64,000 nucleotides of DNA from an uncultured Verrucomicrobiae bacterium (GTDB lineage: Bacteria > Verrucomicrobiota > Verrucomicrobiia > Chthoniobacterales > JACTMZ01). The notes beneath the pieces were generated by a model. That model did no database searches. It worked only from the letters and a program-made list of their open reading frames with translations, and was not told the DNA's origin. The DNA is taken from positions 2,390 to 66,389 of the forward strand of contig CAVZLI010000001.1 in NCBI GenBank assembly GCA_963776165.1. The letters are read 5' to 3'. Of this stretch, positions 48,394 to 57,887 are shown piece after piece. The position numbers were made by a program, and so were the translations under genes. Position 1 is the first letter of the stretch. Each line of letters begins with the position of its first letter.

Positions 48394-48921
48394 ATGATCC
48401 GTTCCTTGGCCATTATTCCACTCATGCTTTCTTTTCTCGGACTGAAAACTCCGGCCGGCGCGTTGTCTGTGGGGGACGAGGCCCCGCGCGTCAGCGCCCA
48501 GGATCAGAACGGTGCGACTGTGGAACTTGCCGAGGTCTACGCCAAAGGACCCACCCTGGTTTATTTTTACCCGAAGGCCGACACGCCGGGCTGCACGGCG
48601 CAGGCTTGCTCGTTGCGCGATGCCTTCCCCGACTTCAGCGCGCAGGGAGTGCAGGTCATCGGGGTCAGTGCGGACACGGTGGAAGCGCAGAAGAAATTCG
48701 CCGAGAAATACAATCTGCCGTTCGTGCTGCTGGCCGATGCCGACGGTGCGGTGGCCCAAGCTTTCGGCGTGCCCACCGCAATGGGCTACGCCAAGCGGCA
48801 GTCGTTCATCGTGAAGGACGGCAAAATTGCCTGGATCGTGCAAAGCGCCAAGACGGGTGACCATGCTGCCGAGGTTCAAGCCGCGCTGCAGGAACTCGGA
48901 TTGGGCGGCGCAGCAGACTGA
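48394..48921 (+). CDS. bcp: Secreted peroxiredoxin (Bcp-type thiol peroxidase)
   Basis: Signal peptide MIRSLAIIPLMLSFLG and the motif FYPKADTPGCTAQAC. Confidence 0.85.
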   Translation: MIRSLAIIPLMLSFLGLKTPAGALSVGDEAPRVSAQDQNGATVELAEVYAKGPTLVYFYPKADTPGCTAQACSLRDAFPDFSAQGVQVIGVSADTVEAQKKFAEKYNLPFVLLADADGAVAQAFGVPTAMGYAKRQSFIVKDGKIAWIVQSAKTGDHAAEVQAALQELGLGGAAD

Positions 48922-48930
48922 CGCCGCTCC

Positions 48931-49989
48931 TTAATCCGCGGGGCACACCGCGCCGTCGCGGATGGTCCACTGCGCGGCCCCGTCCTCGCCTTCGAGCCAC
49001 TGCCACGTGGTGGTCGTGAGGATGCGCTGTGAATCTGCGGGCAGGGCCGCAAGCAAACGCCGTCGCCGTTCGGTGTCGAGCTCGCCGAAGATGTCGTCGA
49101 GCAGGTAGACCGGCGGCGATCCGCGTCGCGTGCGGATGAGTTCGGCTTGGGCCAGACGGAGGGCGAGGGTGAGCGTGCGTTGCTGGCCCTCGCTGGCGTA
49201 AGTCGCGGCGGCCGCGCCATCCAGTTCGAGGCGCACGTCGTCGCGGTGCGGTCCGACCACAGTTTGCCGGAGGCGGCGCTCCTCGGGTGCACTGGCAGCG
49301 AGCGCCTCCGCGAGGTTCTGACCACCGGACTGTTCGTAATGCAGACCGGAGGTTTCGCCGCGCGGGCTGATGGCAGCCGCATGTTTGGCCACGAGCGGAG
49401 CCAGTTCGCCGCAGAGTTCCTGCCGCACGCGTGCGAGGTAAGCCCCGGCGGCGAGGAGCGGTCCGTCGTAGGCGGAAAGTTCGCGTCCCCGGTGCGGGCC
49501 TTCCTTGAGCAGGAAGTTGCGCGAGCGCAGGGCACGCTCGTAGGCGCGGAGATTTTTCAGGTAGGCGGCATCGCACTGGCTGCCGAGGAAGTCGAGGAAG
49601 CGGCGGCGCTTGGAGGAGGCGCCGCGGACCAGTTCGATGTCCTCGTTGGAAAAAAACGCGACCAGCCCGGTGCGCAGGTATTCGTCGGATTTGCGTTGCG
49701 GCAGATCGTCGAGGAAAAGTTTGCGTCCCTCGGATCTGGAAAGGTGGCAAGCCAGCGACCGGTCGCCGGCGCGTCCGGAGAGGGAAAAGCCCTCTGCCCC
49801 GTGGTGCACGGCCTCGGCCAGCGCTCCGGCTCGGGGGGACTGCAGGCGCAGCAGGATGCAGACGGCTTCGAGGATGGAGGACTTGCCACTGGCGTTGGGG
49901 GCACTCAACAGGTTCAGGCCCGGAGCTGGACGGAACTCGGCCCGCGGGAAGCAGCGGAAGTCGTGCAGGGCGAGCGAGGTGAGAACCAT
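48931..49989 (-). CDS. recF: DNA replication and repair protein RecF
   Basis: The ATG at complement 49989 gives LALHDFRCF..LLSAPNASGKSSILEA (Walker A), plus YASEGQQRTLTLAL (signature) and YLLDDIFGELD (Walker B). Confidence 0.85.
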   Translation of the reverse strand: MVLTSLALHDFRCFPRAEFRPAPGLNLLSAPNASGKSSILEAVCILLRLQSPRAGALAEAVHHGAEGFSLSGRAGDRSLACHLSRSEGRKLFLDDLPQRKSDEYLRTGLVAFFSNEDIELVRGASSKRRRFLDFLGSQCDAAYLKNLRAYERALRSRNFLLKEGPHRGRELSAYDGPLLAAGAYLARVRQELCGELAPLVAKHAAAISPRGETSGLHYEQSGGQNLAEALAASAPEERRLRQTVVGPHRDDVRLELDGAAAATYASEGQQRTLTLALRLAQAELIRTRRGSPPVYLLDDIFGELDTERRRRLLAALPADSQRILTTTTWQWLEGEDGAAQWTIRDGAVCPAD

Positions 49990-50082
49990 GGCCAGCCAGT
50001 GTCCATTTTTCCGGCCAAAAGGCCAGACGTCGCCAAAGAGGAATTGAAGGTGGACGGGCGGCGCCCCAACATGGGCGGTCCC

Positions 50083-51345
50083 ATGCAATCGCTTCCGGGC
50101 TTCCGCGACTTTTTCCCGTCCGACTGCGCGCGCCGCAACCATATCACCGGCACGTGGCGCCGCGTCGCGCGCTCGTTCGGCTTCCGCGAATACGACGGAC
50201 CGACGCTCGAACCGCTCGATCTTTACCGGAAAAAGAACAGCGGGGGGGAAATCCTCGGGCAGCTTTTTTCCTTCACCGACAAAGGCGAGCGCGAGGTGGC
50301 GTTGCGGCCGGAAATGACCCCCACGGTGGCCCGCATGCTCATCGCCAAAGCGCGGGAATACCGCAAGCCGATCAAGTGGTTCAGCATCGCGCCGTTTTTC
50401 CGCTACGAGAAACAGCAAAGCGGACGCCTGCGCGAATTTCTCCAACTCAACTGCGATCTGGTCGGGGACGATTCACCGGCCGCCGACGCCGAAATGGTCG
50501 CCTTGCTCATCGAAACCCTGCGCGCTTTCGGGCTCACGGAGAAAGACATCGTGGTGCGGGTCAGCGACCGGCGCGCGTGGATGGAATTCCTCGCAGCCCG
50601 GGGTCTCGCCGACGAAACCAAGGCGCGCGAGGCTTTGGCGGTCATCGACAAACTGGAGCGCGAGAGTCCGGAAGAGTTGGAGAAAAAACTCGCACCGTTC
50701 GGTCTCGATCTGGCCGCGGTGCGGTCCTTCGTTGAAACGGGTCGCCCGCCTTTTTACGAAGAGTTGCGCGAGAATCTCGCCGCGCGCGGACTGGAGGGTT
50801 TCTGCGAACTCGACCTGCGCATCGTGCGGGGGCTGGCGTATTACACGGGATTGGTTTTCGAAGTCTTTGATCGCCGCCAGGACCGGCGCGCCATAGCGGG
50901 GGGCGGACGTTTCGACCGGTTGCTGGCCGATTTGAGCGGCGGCAAGGTCGACCTGCCGGCCATCGGGTTCGGCATCGGCGATGTGGTGTTGGGCGATTTG
51001 CTCGAGGACCTGCCCGACACGCGCAGTTTGCTGGAGTCGGCCATCGCGCGCGACCTGGCCTGCGACGTCTTCGTGGTCGTGGCCGATGAATCGCGCCGCG
51101 CGGAAGCACTCGGTGTGGTGCAACTTCTCCGCGCTCTCGGCCGGCGCGTCGACTACCCGCTGCAGGCGGACAAAGTGGCGCGTCAATTCAAGGATGCCGG
51201 CGCCAGTGGTGCGTCCGTCGCGTTGGTCGTCGGCGACGAATGGCCGAAGCTGAAAGTGAAGAATCTGGCCGAACGGACGGAGACCGAACTCTCCCAAGAG
51301 GCGCTTGCCGATTGGGCCGTGAATCTCCAGACTCCCGCGCCATGA
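50083..51345 (+). CDS. hisS: Histidine--tRNA ligase
   Basis: MQSLPGFRDFFP, LRPEMTPTVAR, FRYEKQQSGRLREF and GGGRFD. An alternative ATG lies at 50071. Confidence 0.9.
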   Translation: MQSLPGFRDFFPSDCARRNHITGTWRRVARSFGFREYDGPTLEPLDLYRKKNSGGEILGQLFSFTDKGEREVALRPEMTPTVARMLIAKAREYRKPIKWFSIAPFFRYEKQQSGRLREFLQLNCDLVGDDSPAADAEMVALLIETLRAFGLTEKDIVVRVSDRRAWMEFLAARGLADETKAREALAVIDKLERESPEELEKKLAPFGLDLAAVRSFVETGRPPFYEELRENLAARGLEGFCELDLRIVRGLAYYTGLVFEVFDRRQDRRAIAGGGRFDRLLADLSGGKVDLPAIGFGIGDVVLGDLLEDLPDTRSLLESAIARDLACDVFVVVADESRRAEALGVVQLLRALGRRVDYPLQADKVARQFKDAGASGASVALVVGDEWPKLKVKNLAERTETELSQEALADWAVNLQTPAP

Positions 51346-53111
51346 ATTTTCGCAGTTGTCATTGCGGCGCCTTGCGCGCCACGGACATAGGCCAACGGGC
51401 CACGCTCGCCGGCTGGGTCGGCTCGCGCCGGGACCACGGGGGCGTCATCTTCGTCGATTTGCGCGACCGTGAAGGGGTGACCCAGGTCGTTTTCCGTCCG
51501 GAAGAACAGGCCGCCGTGGCCGCCGCGGCGCATGGTCTGCGCGACGAGGACGTCATCCGGGTATCCGGCACCGTGGCCCAGCGCCTCGAGGGCACGGAGA
51601 ATACCAAGCTCGCCACCGGTGGGATCGAGTTGGTGGCCGACGAGTTGACCATCCTCAACAAGGCGGACGTCCTACCGTTCCCGCTCGACGAACAGATTGC
51701 CAACGAGGACCTGCGCTTGACCCATCGTTACCTCGACTTGCGGCGCCCGGGCATGGCGGAGAACCTCCGACTGCGCCATCGCGTGATCAAAACGATCCGC
51801 GATGTCCTCGACGGCGACGGTTTCTGGGAAATCGAGACCCCGATCCTCAGCAAGAGCACACCGGAGGGCGCCCGTGACTTTTTGGTGCCGAGTCGTCTGA
51901 ATCCGGGAACGTTCTATGCGCTGCCGCAAGCCCCGCAGCAATACAAGCAGCTGCTCATGGCCGCGGGTGTGGAGAAATATTTCCAGATCGCCCGCTGTTT
52001 CCGCGATGAGGATCTGCGGGCCGACCGACAACCCGAGTTCACACAGGTCGACATCGAAATGAGCTTTGCCACGGCGGAGGATATTTTCGCCTTGATCGAA
52101 AAAACTTTCGTTTCCGTCTTTCGTGAAGCATGGGGCGTGGAGATCACAACCCCATTTCCCCGCATGACCCATCGCGAGGCGATGGACCGCTTCGGCAGCG
52201 ACAAGCCCGACACGCGCTGGGCGCAGGAGATTGTCGATGTCGGCGACATATTCGCCGGCACGGAATTCAAGGTCTTCCGCGGTGCGCTCGACGGCGGCGG
52301 GGTGGTCCGTGCGCTCAACGCCAAGGGGTTGGCCAAGATCACCACGGGGCAAATCGAAGAGCTGACCGAAATGGCCAAGCAATACGGCGCCAAAGGGCTC
52401 GCCTTCATCAAGTGCGAGAACGGCGAGTGGAAGTCGCCGATCGTCAAATTTTTCACCGACGCGGAAAAAGCCGCGCTGCAAGATCGTCTCGGCATCGAAG
52501 AGGGGGACCTCGTCCTCTTCGGCGCGGACAAATGGGAGACCGTCTGCGAAGTCCTCGGCCGCGTGCGCCTGCGCGCCGCGGAATTGCTCGGCATCGAGCA
52601 TGACCCCAAGCGTCTCGATTTTCTCTGGGTGGTCGACTTCCCCCTGCTGGCGTGGAGCGAGGAGGAGCGCAAATGGAACGCTGTCCATCATCCGTTCACC
52701 CGACCGAAAGCGGAGGACGTGGCTTTGCTCGACGCGGAAAAATTCGGCGAAGTCCGCGCCGAGGCCTACGACATCGTGCTCAACGGCGTGGAAATCGGCG
52801 GCGGCAGCATCCGTATCCACGAGGCCGATCTGCAGTCGAAAATGTTCGGTGTCCTCGGCGTCGACGCGGATCAGCAAGCTCTTATGTTCGGCCATCTGCT
52901 CAAGGCCTTCCGCTTCGGCGCGCCGCCGCACGGTGGCATCGCCCTCGGTTTGGACCGCTTGGTCATGTTGCTGGCCCATGCGGATTCCATCCGCGATGTG
53001 ATTGCTTTCCCGAAAAACAACCGCGGGGTCGAGTTGATGACCGGCTCACCGTCGGTCGTGGACTTCAAGCAACTCCGCGAGCTTTACATCGCCACGACGA
53101 AAAAAGCCTGA
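51342..53111 (+). CDS. aspS: Aspartate--tRNA ligase
   Basis: The ATG overlaps the hisS stop (ATGA). Motifs: FVDLRDREG, FRDEDLRADRQPEFTQ, GGGSIRIH, GGIALGLDR. Confidence 0.95.
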   Translation: MNFRSCHCGALRATDIGQRATLAGWVGSRRDHGGVIFVDLRDREGVTQVVFRPEEQAAVAAAAHGLRDEDVIRVSGTVAQRLEGTENTKLATGGIELVADELTILNKADVLPFPLDEQIANEDLRLTHRYLDLRRPGMAENLRLRHRVIKTIRDVLDGDGFWEIETPILSKSTPEGARDFLVPSRLNPGTFYALPQAPQQYKQLLMAAGVEKYFQIARCFRDEDLRADRQPEFTQVDIEMSFATAEDIFALIEKTFVSVFREAWGVEITTPFPRMTHREAMDRFGSDKPDTRWAQEIVDVGDIFAGTEFKVFRGALDGGGVVRALNAKGLAKITTGQIEELTEMAKQYGAKGLAFIKCENGEWKSPIVKFFTDAEKAALQDRLGIEEGDLVLFGADKWETVCEVLGRVRLRAAELLGIEHDPKRLDFLWVVDFPLLAWSEEERKWNAVHHPFTRPKAEDVALLDAEKFGEVRAEAYDIVLNGVEIGGGSIRIHEADLQSKMFGVLGVDADQQALMFGHLLKAFRFGAPPHGGIALGLDRLVMLLAHADSIRDVIAFPKNNRGVELMTGSPSVVDFKQLRELYIATTKKA

Positions 53112-53115
53112 CGCC

Positions 53116-54519
53116 ATGGACGAGCGCGGACTCGAAGAAGCATTGCGGAAAATGCGGGAGGCGGATCTGCCGGCCGCGGCCTGCGCCAGCTTCGAGCGCG
53201 CTTGGCACCAAGCCGTGTCGGGCGATGCGGGCTTGATTCCCGAGGCCACGATCGAACCGGCCGAGGGCATCCCCGCGATGGGCGAAGTGGCCGCGACCGC
53301 CGCGGATCCGGCGCTCTTCGACAAGCTCTGCGTGATCAAGCTCAACGGCGGCCTCGGCACGAGCATGGGGCTGGACAAAGCCAAGTCGCTCATTCCCGTG
53401 AAGGACGGGTTGACTTTTCTCGACTTTATCGCCCGCCAGATTCTTTGGATCCGTCAGCGCCACGAGACGCGAGGTCCGCGCTTCCTGCTCATGGACAGCT
53501 TCAGCACGTCGGCGGACACCCTGGGCCACCTCTCCCGATATCCCGACCTGAGCCACGGTGCGCCTCTCGACTTTCTGCAGAACAAAGTTCCGAAATTGCG
53601 CGCGGCCGACTTGCATCCGGTCGAGTGGCCCCGCGACCCGGAATTGGAGTGGTGCCCGCCCGGGCACGGAGACCTCTATCCCTCGCTCCTCGGTTCTGGA
53701 TGGCTCGACCGTCTGGCGGCGGAGGGCATCGAATACCTCTTTGTCTCGAACAGCGACAACCTTGGCGCCACGGCGGACGCCGGACTGCTCGCGTATTTCG
53801 CGCAGAGCGGTCTGTCCTTCCTCATGGAAGTGGCCGAGCGTACGCCATCGGACCGCAAGGGGGGGCACTTGGCGCGCCGCAAAAGTGACGGACGCCTCGT
53901 GCTGCGCGAGGTGGCGCAGTGCCCCGAGGCGGACACCGCTTCTTTCCAAGACATCGCCCGTCATCGCTACTTCAACACCAACACGCTCTGGCTCCGCGTG
54001 GCCGACCTGCGTGCTGCGCTCGCGGAAAACGGGGGTGCATTGCCGTTGCCCTTGATCAAGAACACCAAGACCGTCGACCCGCGCGACGCTGCCTCGGCCA
54101 AAGTGCTCCAGCTGGAAACCGCAATGGGTGCGGCCATCGAGTGTTTTCCCGAGTCCGGCGCCGTGCTCGTGCCGCGCACGCGCTTCGCGCCGGTCAAAAC
54201 GACCTCCGACCTGCTGGCCCTGCGTTCCGACGCCTACACGGTGACGGACGATCAACGTCTCGAACTCGTGCCCGAGCGGAACGGCGTGCCGCCGGAAGTG
54301 GTATTGGAGGACCGCTATTACAAGAGTCTGGCCGGGCTCGAGGCCGGCTTCGGCAAGTCGGCACCTTCCTTGCGTCACTGCACGCACCTGAGGGTGTCCG
54401 GCCCGTGGCGTTTCGAGGACGGGGTGACGTGCGAGGGGTCGGTCAAGTTCACCCACGTCGGCGCACGCCCCGCCGTGGCCCGCGCCGGCATCTACCGAGA
54501 CGTGGCCGCGCAGGCTTGA
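53116..54519 (+). CDS. UTP--glucose-1-phosphate uridylyltransferase of the UDPGP (eukaryote-like) family
   Basis: VIKLNGGLGTSMGLDKAKSLIPV, LMDSFST, PPGHGDLY and FVSNSDNLGA form the UDPGP family pattern. Confidence 0.85.
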   Translation: MDERGLEEALRKMREADLPAAACASFERAWHQAVSGDAGLIPEATIEPAEGIPAMGEVAATAADPALFDKLCVIKLNGGLGTSMGLDKAKSLIPVKDGLTFLDFIARQILWIRQRHETRGPRFLLMDSFSTSADTLGHLSRYPDLSHGAPLDFLQNKVPKLRAADLHPVEWPRDPELEWCPPGHGDLYPSLLGSGWLDRLAAEGIEYLFVSNSDNLGATADAGLLAYFAQSGLSFLMEVAERTPSDRKGGHLARRKSDGRLVLREVAQCPEADTASFQDIARHRYFNTNTLWLRVADLRAALAENGGALPLPLIKNTKTVDPRDAASAKVLQLETAMGAAIECFPESGAVLVPRTRFAPVKTTSDLLALRSDAYTVTDDQRLELVPERNGVPPEVVLEDRYYKSLAGLEAGFGKSAPSLRHCTHLRVSGPWRFEDGVTCEGSVKFTHVGARPAVARAGIYRDVAAQA

Positions 54520-54956
54520 GGCGAACTTCCGGCTGTTCTGCCGGTCCCGGGGAGCACGGTCGCCTCGGGCGTTTTCATCGGCGCCTCGCCGATGAACCTC
54601 TACGAGCCCCAAGCGCCTTGCGCGAGGGCGCGCGTGGTCCCCGAGACCGCAGAAACTTTGAGGCGAGAAGGGTGAAAGCTCGGGGACATTGCTATATACC
54701 AATGTCCCGATGCAGTTGGACTTAATACTATCGACCCGTGGTAGTAGGGTCCGCTGGCCGGCGGACCGCTGCCTTCCGGGTAAAAAGCGTGCGGACGGCT
54801 GAGCCAGCCGTCCCTACCGAAGATGGCCAAAAGTCTGATAGCTTCCGGACGTCGGTATTGCACGGCGCCCCGCAAGCTCTCGAAATCATCGCCAGGCGGG
54901 TGGCCGAGCCGGGTTTTGGTTGAGTCCGCAGTCTGCTTGGAACTGGCATCGCAACC

Positions 54957-56225
54957 CTAACTTTCCTCCTGGGCGTCATCCTCATTCCGCAGGACTTCGC
55001 GCATTTCGATGATGAGGTCGCCGACTTTGGCCAGCAGCAGGGTGATGTCGGCGCGGGCGGCGGTGCGCCATCCGGGAGTGAGAAGATCCTGTTCGTCGGC
55101 ACCGTCGAGTCCGAGCAGGGCGTCGCGCAGGTGACGCCGTGCTTTTTTCAGCCGAACGAGGATGGATCCGGCGAAAAGCGGGTCGGGTGGCCAGTCGTCG
55201 TCTTCGTCGGCGAAACGATTGAGGGCGCCGGCCAGTTTGCCGGCCGCGATCATGACGCCGTCGCGGATTTCACAGAGGGGATGTTCGCGATGCAGGGGAG
55301 TTCCATCGGCTTCGCAACGGTCGGTGCCGCGGCTGATCTCCAGCGCGAGGTTGCGGCAACGGAGGACCAGCGGGTGGTCCAAAGGTTCGGGCGCACCGGA
55401 CTGCTCGTATTCCTCGAGGGCTTCGTTCGCCACGGTGTTCATTTCCTCGATCCAGGCGCGCCGCTCCTCTTCCTCCTCCGGGGTCGTCGGCGGGGGTTCC
55501 GGTTCCCCGCGTTCGCGGCGCAGTCGGAGGCGCTCCTCTTCGAGAATGCGCTCGAAGTTGTCTTCGTCCATGCCTTCCTCCTCCAAGCGATGGCCGATCC
55601 GGTCGAGCAGCAGGTTCTCCCGCGCGTCGTCCGCCTCGGCGGCGGCCTCGGCGGCGCTCCTCGGTTCGTCATCGTCATCCCCCGCGGCTTCCCCGGCAAT
55701 AGCCGTCGCTTCGGCGAGCCCTCCTGTGAGGCGTTGCATGAAGCCGGCGAGCGCTTGTCCGTTGGCCCGGCGTTGGGAATCTTCCTCCTCCGGGGTCATG
55801 ATCCAGAATGCCTCGCCGTCGAGGGTCAATTCGTAGCCGGCGGATTCGATGACCACGCGGCCGTTGGCCGAGCTGAACCATTCGAGGTAGAGCGCGTTGC
55901 CCCAGTGCCACGGGTAGTCGAGCCCAGCGGAAGCAAGCCGCATCATTTCCGCGACGTCCACTTCGGGAACGCGCACCTTGCGCGAGGCGGTGATGTCGCC
56001 CACGACACCTTGCTGGAGGATGGACAACCCGTCGGTCGGACCCTTTTGCGGCTGCGGATTGCCAAAGAGCAACCGGTGACCGGCCAGATCACGCCACGCG
56101 TTGCCGTCCAAGGCAAGGGCGAGCGGTTCGCGCCATCCTTCCATCCAGATCCTTCCGGTGACCCGCCCGCGTATGCGGTTATCGATCTCGCCGCGCACCA
56201 ATTGGTCGTGCAAGCGCCAAGCCAT
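54957..56225 (-). CDS. Hypothetical two-domain protein with acidic central linker, coupled to dnaJ
   Basis: The ATG at complement 56225 is 4 nt after the dnaJ stop. The 422-aa ORF has protein-like composition. I recognise no family motif. Confidence 0.7.
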   Translation of the reverse strand: MAWRLHDQLVRGEIDNRIRGRVTGRIWMEGWREPLALALDGNAWRDLAGHRLLFGNPQPQKGPTDGLSILQQGVVGDITASRKVRVPEVDVAEMMRLASAGLDYPWHWGNALYLEWFSSANGRVVIESAGYELTLDGEAFWIMTPEEEDSQRRANGQALAGFMQRLTGGLAEATAIAGEAAGDDDDEPRSAAEAAAEADDARENLLLDRIGHRLEEEGMDEDNFERILEEERLRLRRERGEPEPPPTTPEEEEERRAWIEEMNTVANEALEEYEQSGAPEPLDHPLVLRCRNLALEISRGTDRCEADGTPLHREHPLCEIRDGVMIAAGKLAGALNRFADEDDDWPPDPLFAGSILVRLKKARRHLRDALLGLDGADEQDLLTPGWRTAARADITLLLAKVGDLIIEMREVLRNEDDAQEES

Positions 56226-56229
56226 GGCC

Positions 56230-57360
56230 TCAGGAAAAGAATTCCTTGGCCCGCTCGAGGAAGCCTTTGGTGATCGGGGTGTTTTGATCACCGCAGCTGG
56301 ACGCGAAATCTTCCAGTTTTTTGCGTTGTTCTGCGGTCAACTTGGTCGGCACCTCGACGGCCACGCGGACGAGGAGTTGTCCGTGGCCCGACCCGCGGAG
56401 GTGCGGCATGCCTTTGTGGCGCAGCTTGAAGACGCTGCCGCTTTGCGTTCCGGCGGGAATCTTCACCGAGGCTTTGCCGTCGAGGGTGGGAACATTGATC
56501 TCGCCGCCGAGGGCCGCGGTGACGAAGGGGACGGGAATCTCGCAGTAGAGGTCGTCGCCGTCGCGGGCGAACACGCTGTGTTCGCGGACGTGGATGACGA
56601 CGTAAAGATCCCCGCTCGGGCCTCCGCGGGTGCCGGCTTCGCCATTGCCGCCGGAACGCAGGCGGGTGCCGTCCTCGATGCCGGCGGGAATTTTCAGTTT
56701 GATGCGCGAGGTGACCTCGGCGCGTCCGTCGCCGCGACAGACTTTGCAGGGGTGGTCGAACATCTCCCCGGCTCCGTGGCAGCGCGGACACGGTTGGGCG
56801 ACTTGGAAAAAACCGCGCGAAGCGATGACCTGCCCGCGACCCCGGCAAGTGGGGCAGGTATGGAGGCGCGCGCCGGGTCCGGCGCCCGATCCGCCGCAGG
56901 CGGAGCAGCGGCCGGTCTTGCGCAGTTCGATTTCTTTTTCCACCCCGCGGGCCGCTTCCTCGAGTTTGATTTCCAGATCGTAGCGCAGATCGGCCCCGCG
57001 GCCGGTTTCCCCTCCGCCGGCGCCGCCGAAGAAATGCTCGAAAATGCCGCCCCCGCCAGACCCGAACACTTCGCGGAAAAGGTCGAAGGGATCGTGGAAG
57101 CCGGCTCCCGGTCCGGCGCCCGCGCCCTGGAAGGCGGCGTAGCCGTAGCGGTCGTAGGCGGCGCGTTTCTCGGGGTCGACGAGAATGTCATAAGCCTGCG
57201 AGACCTGCTTGAAATGCTCCTCGGCCCCGGCGTCCCCCGGATTGCGGTCCGGGTGGTATTTCATGGCCAGCTTGCGGTAGGAACTCTTGAGTTCCTCGGC
57301 GGTGGCACTGCGCGAGACCCCGAGCAGTTCGTAGGCGTCCTGACGGTGACGGGACGACAT
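56230..57360 (-). CDS. dnaJ: Molecular chaperone DnaJ
   Basis: J domain [34 protein letters not shown], a G/F region, and four CxxCxGxG zinc-finger repeats. Confidence 0.95.
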   Translation of the reverse strand: MSSRHRQDAYELLGVSRSATAEELKSSYRKLAMKYHPDRNPGDAGAEEHFKQVSQAYDILVDPEKRAAYDRYGYAAFQGAGAGPGAGFHDPFDLFREVFGSGGGGIFEHFFGGAGGGETGRGADLRYDLEIKLEEAARGVEKEIELRKTGRCSACGGSGAGPGARLHTCPTCRGRGQVIASRGFFQVAQPCPRCHGAGEMFDHPCKVCRGDGRAEVTSRIKLKIPAGIEDGTRLRSGGNGEAGTRGGPSGDLYVVIHVREHSVFARDGDDLYCEIPVPFVTAALGGEINVPTLDGKASVKIPAGTQSGSVFKLRHKGMPHLRGSGHGQLLVRVAVEVPTKLTAEQRKKLEDFASSCGDQNTPITKGFLERAKEFFS

Positions 57361-57368
57361 GCGGGCGA

Positions 57369-57887
57369 CTACTTGGCGGGACCTTTGGAGACGACAACGC
57401 TGGCCGGACGGAGGAGGCGGTCGCGCAGTTTGTAGCCGCGCCGGGTCTGGCGCAGCACACCGTTTTCGGCGACCTGATCGTCGGGTTCGTGTCCGACGGC
57501 CTCCATCACGTTGGGGTCGAATTCGGCGCCTTCGGTTTTGATTTCCTCGAGTCCGGAGGAGGCGAGGAAGTCGCGCAGTTGGCGTGAGACCATGTCAAGG
57601 CCTTGGAGGATAGCGGCGGCGTCGGGGGCGGAGCGGGCGGCGTCGAGGCCGAGTTCGAAGTTGTCGACGACGGGCAGGAGGTTCTCCAGCAGCGAGGAGT
57701 TGGCGTAGCGGATGGCGTCATCTTTCTCCCGTGCGGCGCGTTTGCGGTAGTTGTCGAAATCCGCGGCCGTGCGCATGGCAAGGTCGCGGAATTTGTCGGC
57801 CTCGGCGGCCGGATCGGCCGGGGTGGTGTCGGCGGCTTCTTCCGGCGCGGGGGCCTCGGCGGGATCGTCGTGGTTCTTCTTGCTCAT
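57369..57887 (-). CDS. grpE: Nucleotide exchange factor GrpE
   Basis: [17 protein letters not shown].. and [16 protein letters not shown] are GrpE signatures. Confidence 0.93.
   Translation of the reverse strand: MSKKNHDDPAEAPAPEEAADTTPADPAAEADKFRDLAMRTAADFDNYRKRAAREKDDAIRYANSSLLENLLPVVDNFELGLDAARSAPDAAAILQGLDMVSRQLRDFLASSGLEEIKTEGAEFDPNVMEAVGHEPDDQVAENGVLRQTRRGYKLRDRLLRPASVVVSKGPAK

Noticed and set aside
54520-54956. Possible RNase P RNA, SRP (4.5S) RNA, tmRNA or 6S RNA in the long spacer.
   Set aside because: I looked on both strands for GAGGAAAGUCCGG with a correctly placed ACAGAACCCGGCUUA partner (RNase P). I also looked for GUCCGGAAGGAAGCAGC (SRP) and for a tRNA-like 3' end with a GGUUCGAAUCC T-arm (tmRNA). 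Only loose partial resemblances were found (AAAACCCGGCUCGG, CCCGGAAGGCAGCGG), and they are in the wrong positions. The region is kept only as an unclassified candidate.
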